Below are positions 62,091 to 64,000 of a DNA stretch of 64,000 nt, piece after piece. This DNA comes from Eutreptiella sp. 'Long Island Sound 2002'. Taxonomy: Eukaryota; Protista; Euglenida. Within the stretch, counting starts at the first letter, position 1. The number at the start of each line of letters is the position of its first letter. A model generated the notes under the pieces. The model made no database searches. It saw nothing but the letters and a program-made list of their open reading frames with translations, and was not told the origin of the DNA. The translations under genes and the position numbers were made by a program. Location of the stretch: NCBI GenBank assembly GCA_964036045.1, contig OZ038379.1, forward strand, positions 5,580,001 to 5,644,000. The letters are read 5' to 3'.

Positions 62091-64000
62091 AGGCCACAAG
62101 AAGACGCACTGTCCAATGGATTTAGACACAGGGCCTTGCAGTCACTCGCAGAGCCCCTGTGTGTGCCCACCCAGATGGCGGACAGGGGCGCTGAAAGGGT
62201 ACATAGCCAATGGTGACTTGCTCAGCATGAAGCCTCGGTGGGGCAGCGACGCCAAAGTCAGACCTTGTGGGATGTGCCTGGTTTGGTGCATCTGCTGCAC
62301 CAGAGCAGCACCGGTCATGCCCGTGTCCACGCCACTGTTTGGTGGCCCCAAGTAGACCGAAACAGCCGGTCCAAAGAGGAAGGAAAGACCAAGTGACCCG
62401 GTGAGTACAGAGGTGGGCCCTAAGGGTGGGGGTTGGTGTTCAACACGGTGTCAGGGTGCTGCTCCCCGTCCGCTACCGCAACCTCCCTGCTCGACGTGCA
62501 CAGGCACCGCGCTGCTCATATCATATTCAGCAACTGTGCTGCCCGCAGGGGGGGCACCCTTGCCCGGCATGGCATGTGCAGCGGCGCACGGGCGCTGGCT
62601 AGTGGTTGGCTGGTGCCGGGCAGGGAGGCTGTGAGGTTGATTGCGATGTCGAACGCCCCTCATAAAGCGTTTTTGAGTGCCATGGGCTTGGTATCCAGGC
62701 GGCCAACGCCTTCTTGTGCAATAGCTACGCACTGCAAACACGCTCCTTTTGTTGTATAATGGAAGCTCCTGCCGCACTGTGCGAGAGAAGGCCAATGGAC
62801 AGAGACCACTGCAATGGCACATGAATAATGCTTGGCAGCCGCTTGCCCTTGGCAGAGCGGCTGGTCTGTGCTATACCTTCTCTCCATGACAGAAACTGCT
62901 TGTGGATTGGCAGTTTTGGGGCCAGTTGTGTTGTGCTGTGCTATGTTATGCTAAAACAGGATGTGTAGTATTGTGTTGCGTAATGTGATTTATTGCTGTT
63001 GAGTTGCGCTGTGCTTTGCCCATTTTTTTTTTATACCACAGCAGCAAAACGAGGCCTTCATAGAGGCCTTCAAAGTTGCACCCACCAAGCCAATTTTCCA
63101 AGACTTTGTGCGGGAGAATCAGGTACAGACTAAAGGACAAAACAGGGCAAGGCTGAACAGACCCCCTGAAAAGGGAGGATGGGCCTGTGTATGAGCCTTT
63201 GGTCATGGAAGGAACAATTCATCACTGTGATGTAGTCGACACTCAAGAGACCAGCGCCTGTGGTACAAGACATGCTATGCAGCTAGAAGTTGTGGGCTGC
63301 AATGCAGAAATACACCAATATGGTGCATGAGATTGTACTGGTATCGGGTATCGGCGGCAAAGCAGGTCTGTGGGGGACAACAACGTTTCGAGGATGAGTG
63401 CACGGATGATGAAGTGGTAACCATGACGAGGATACTACCATTGGATGGGGCAAAACACAGGTACCCGTTTCATCAGCAACCTAGATGCACGATAGAGCCA
63501 AGGCTGGAGCTTCCGGAGGGTGGGTGGGTGTGCAAACAAAAGGAGGATTAGCGTGTCAATGGGGAGTTAAACCATAACTAGGAGAACGAACATGGATAGG
63601 CAGGAGCAAAACACAGTATGGAGTGGGTCGTTGGGTTGTAGCAAAAACATTTTGCCAGTATGGGTGGCTTGCAGGACCCCAAACCTGGTATAGAGGGGAA
63701 CTCATGGGTGTATGGGGGTGACATTGCATCTAGCCTAGGAAGTACGATATGACGAATTTTGTTCTTGGGTGATGGTAGTGGTGCTGTTTGCAGTTCTGTT
63801 GAGTTTGCACGCATCGAATGTGCCAGTGGCCCCCGTGGCCCCCATTGGCAGCTCTAGTACCTACAAAATACGGCATATGGACACCGGAATATGCCATCTG
63901 GTTTGCCTACTTGGAAATGACCTTGGAATTGGAATTGACCAGCTGTCTATGGCTAAATGTTGATGTTGAACCCATGACGCAGCAAGAGAGAAGCAAGCGA

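Noticed and set aside
1-64000. rRNA, tRNA, snRNA or SL RNA genes
   Set aside because: No conserved motifs recognised by eye; tRNAscan-SE and Infernal would be needed to exclude them formally.

Overview
Repeat-rich eukaryotic nuclear DNA, most likely from a photosynthetic euglenid. This is an inference from a class I plastid-targeting presequence, a kinetoplastid-like nucleotidyltransferase, pyrimidine-AG acceptors just before ATGs, and TTAGGG-type repeats. There is one 200-N gap (11767-11966). Four + strand genes are supported: (1) a spliced, low-complexity Ser/Pro/Arg-rich gene with multi-kb introns (exons from 6299 to 20086, incomplete); (2) an intronless CHHC-zinc-finger/polyQ/WD40 gene (31255-33945); (3) an intronless C2H2 + TUTase/non-canonical poly(A) polymerase carrying a euglenophyte plastid presequence (46179-48578), the most interesting item; (4) a VIT-vWA-ZZ-like-DUF2135 gene disrupted by two frameshifts and an in-frame TGA (56608-60106). 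The rest is satellites, MITE-like elements, a TTAGGG-bounded 1148-bp tandem element, two 3-bp-TSD elements with shared ends but different coding cargo, retroelement remnants, and a densely hairpinned ~1.1-kb segment inside a foldback structure. No rRNA, tRNA or CRISPR array could be supported. All domain calls are by-eye motif recognition, not database searches.
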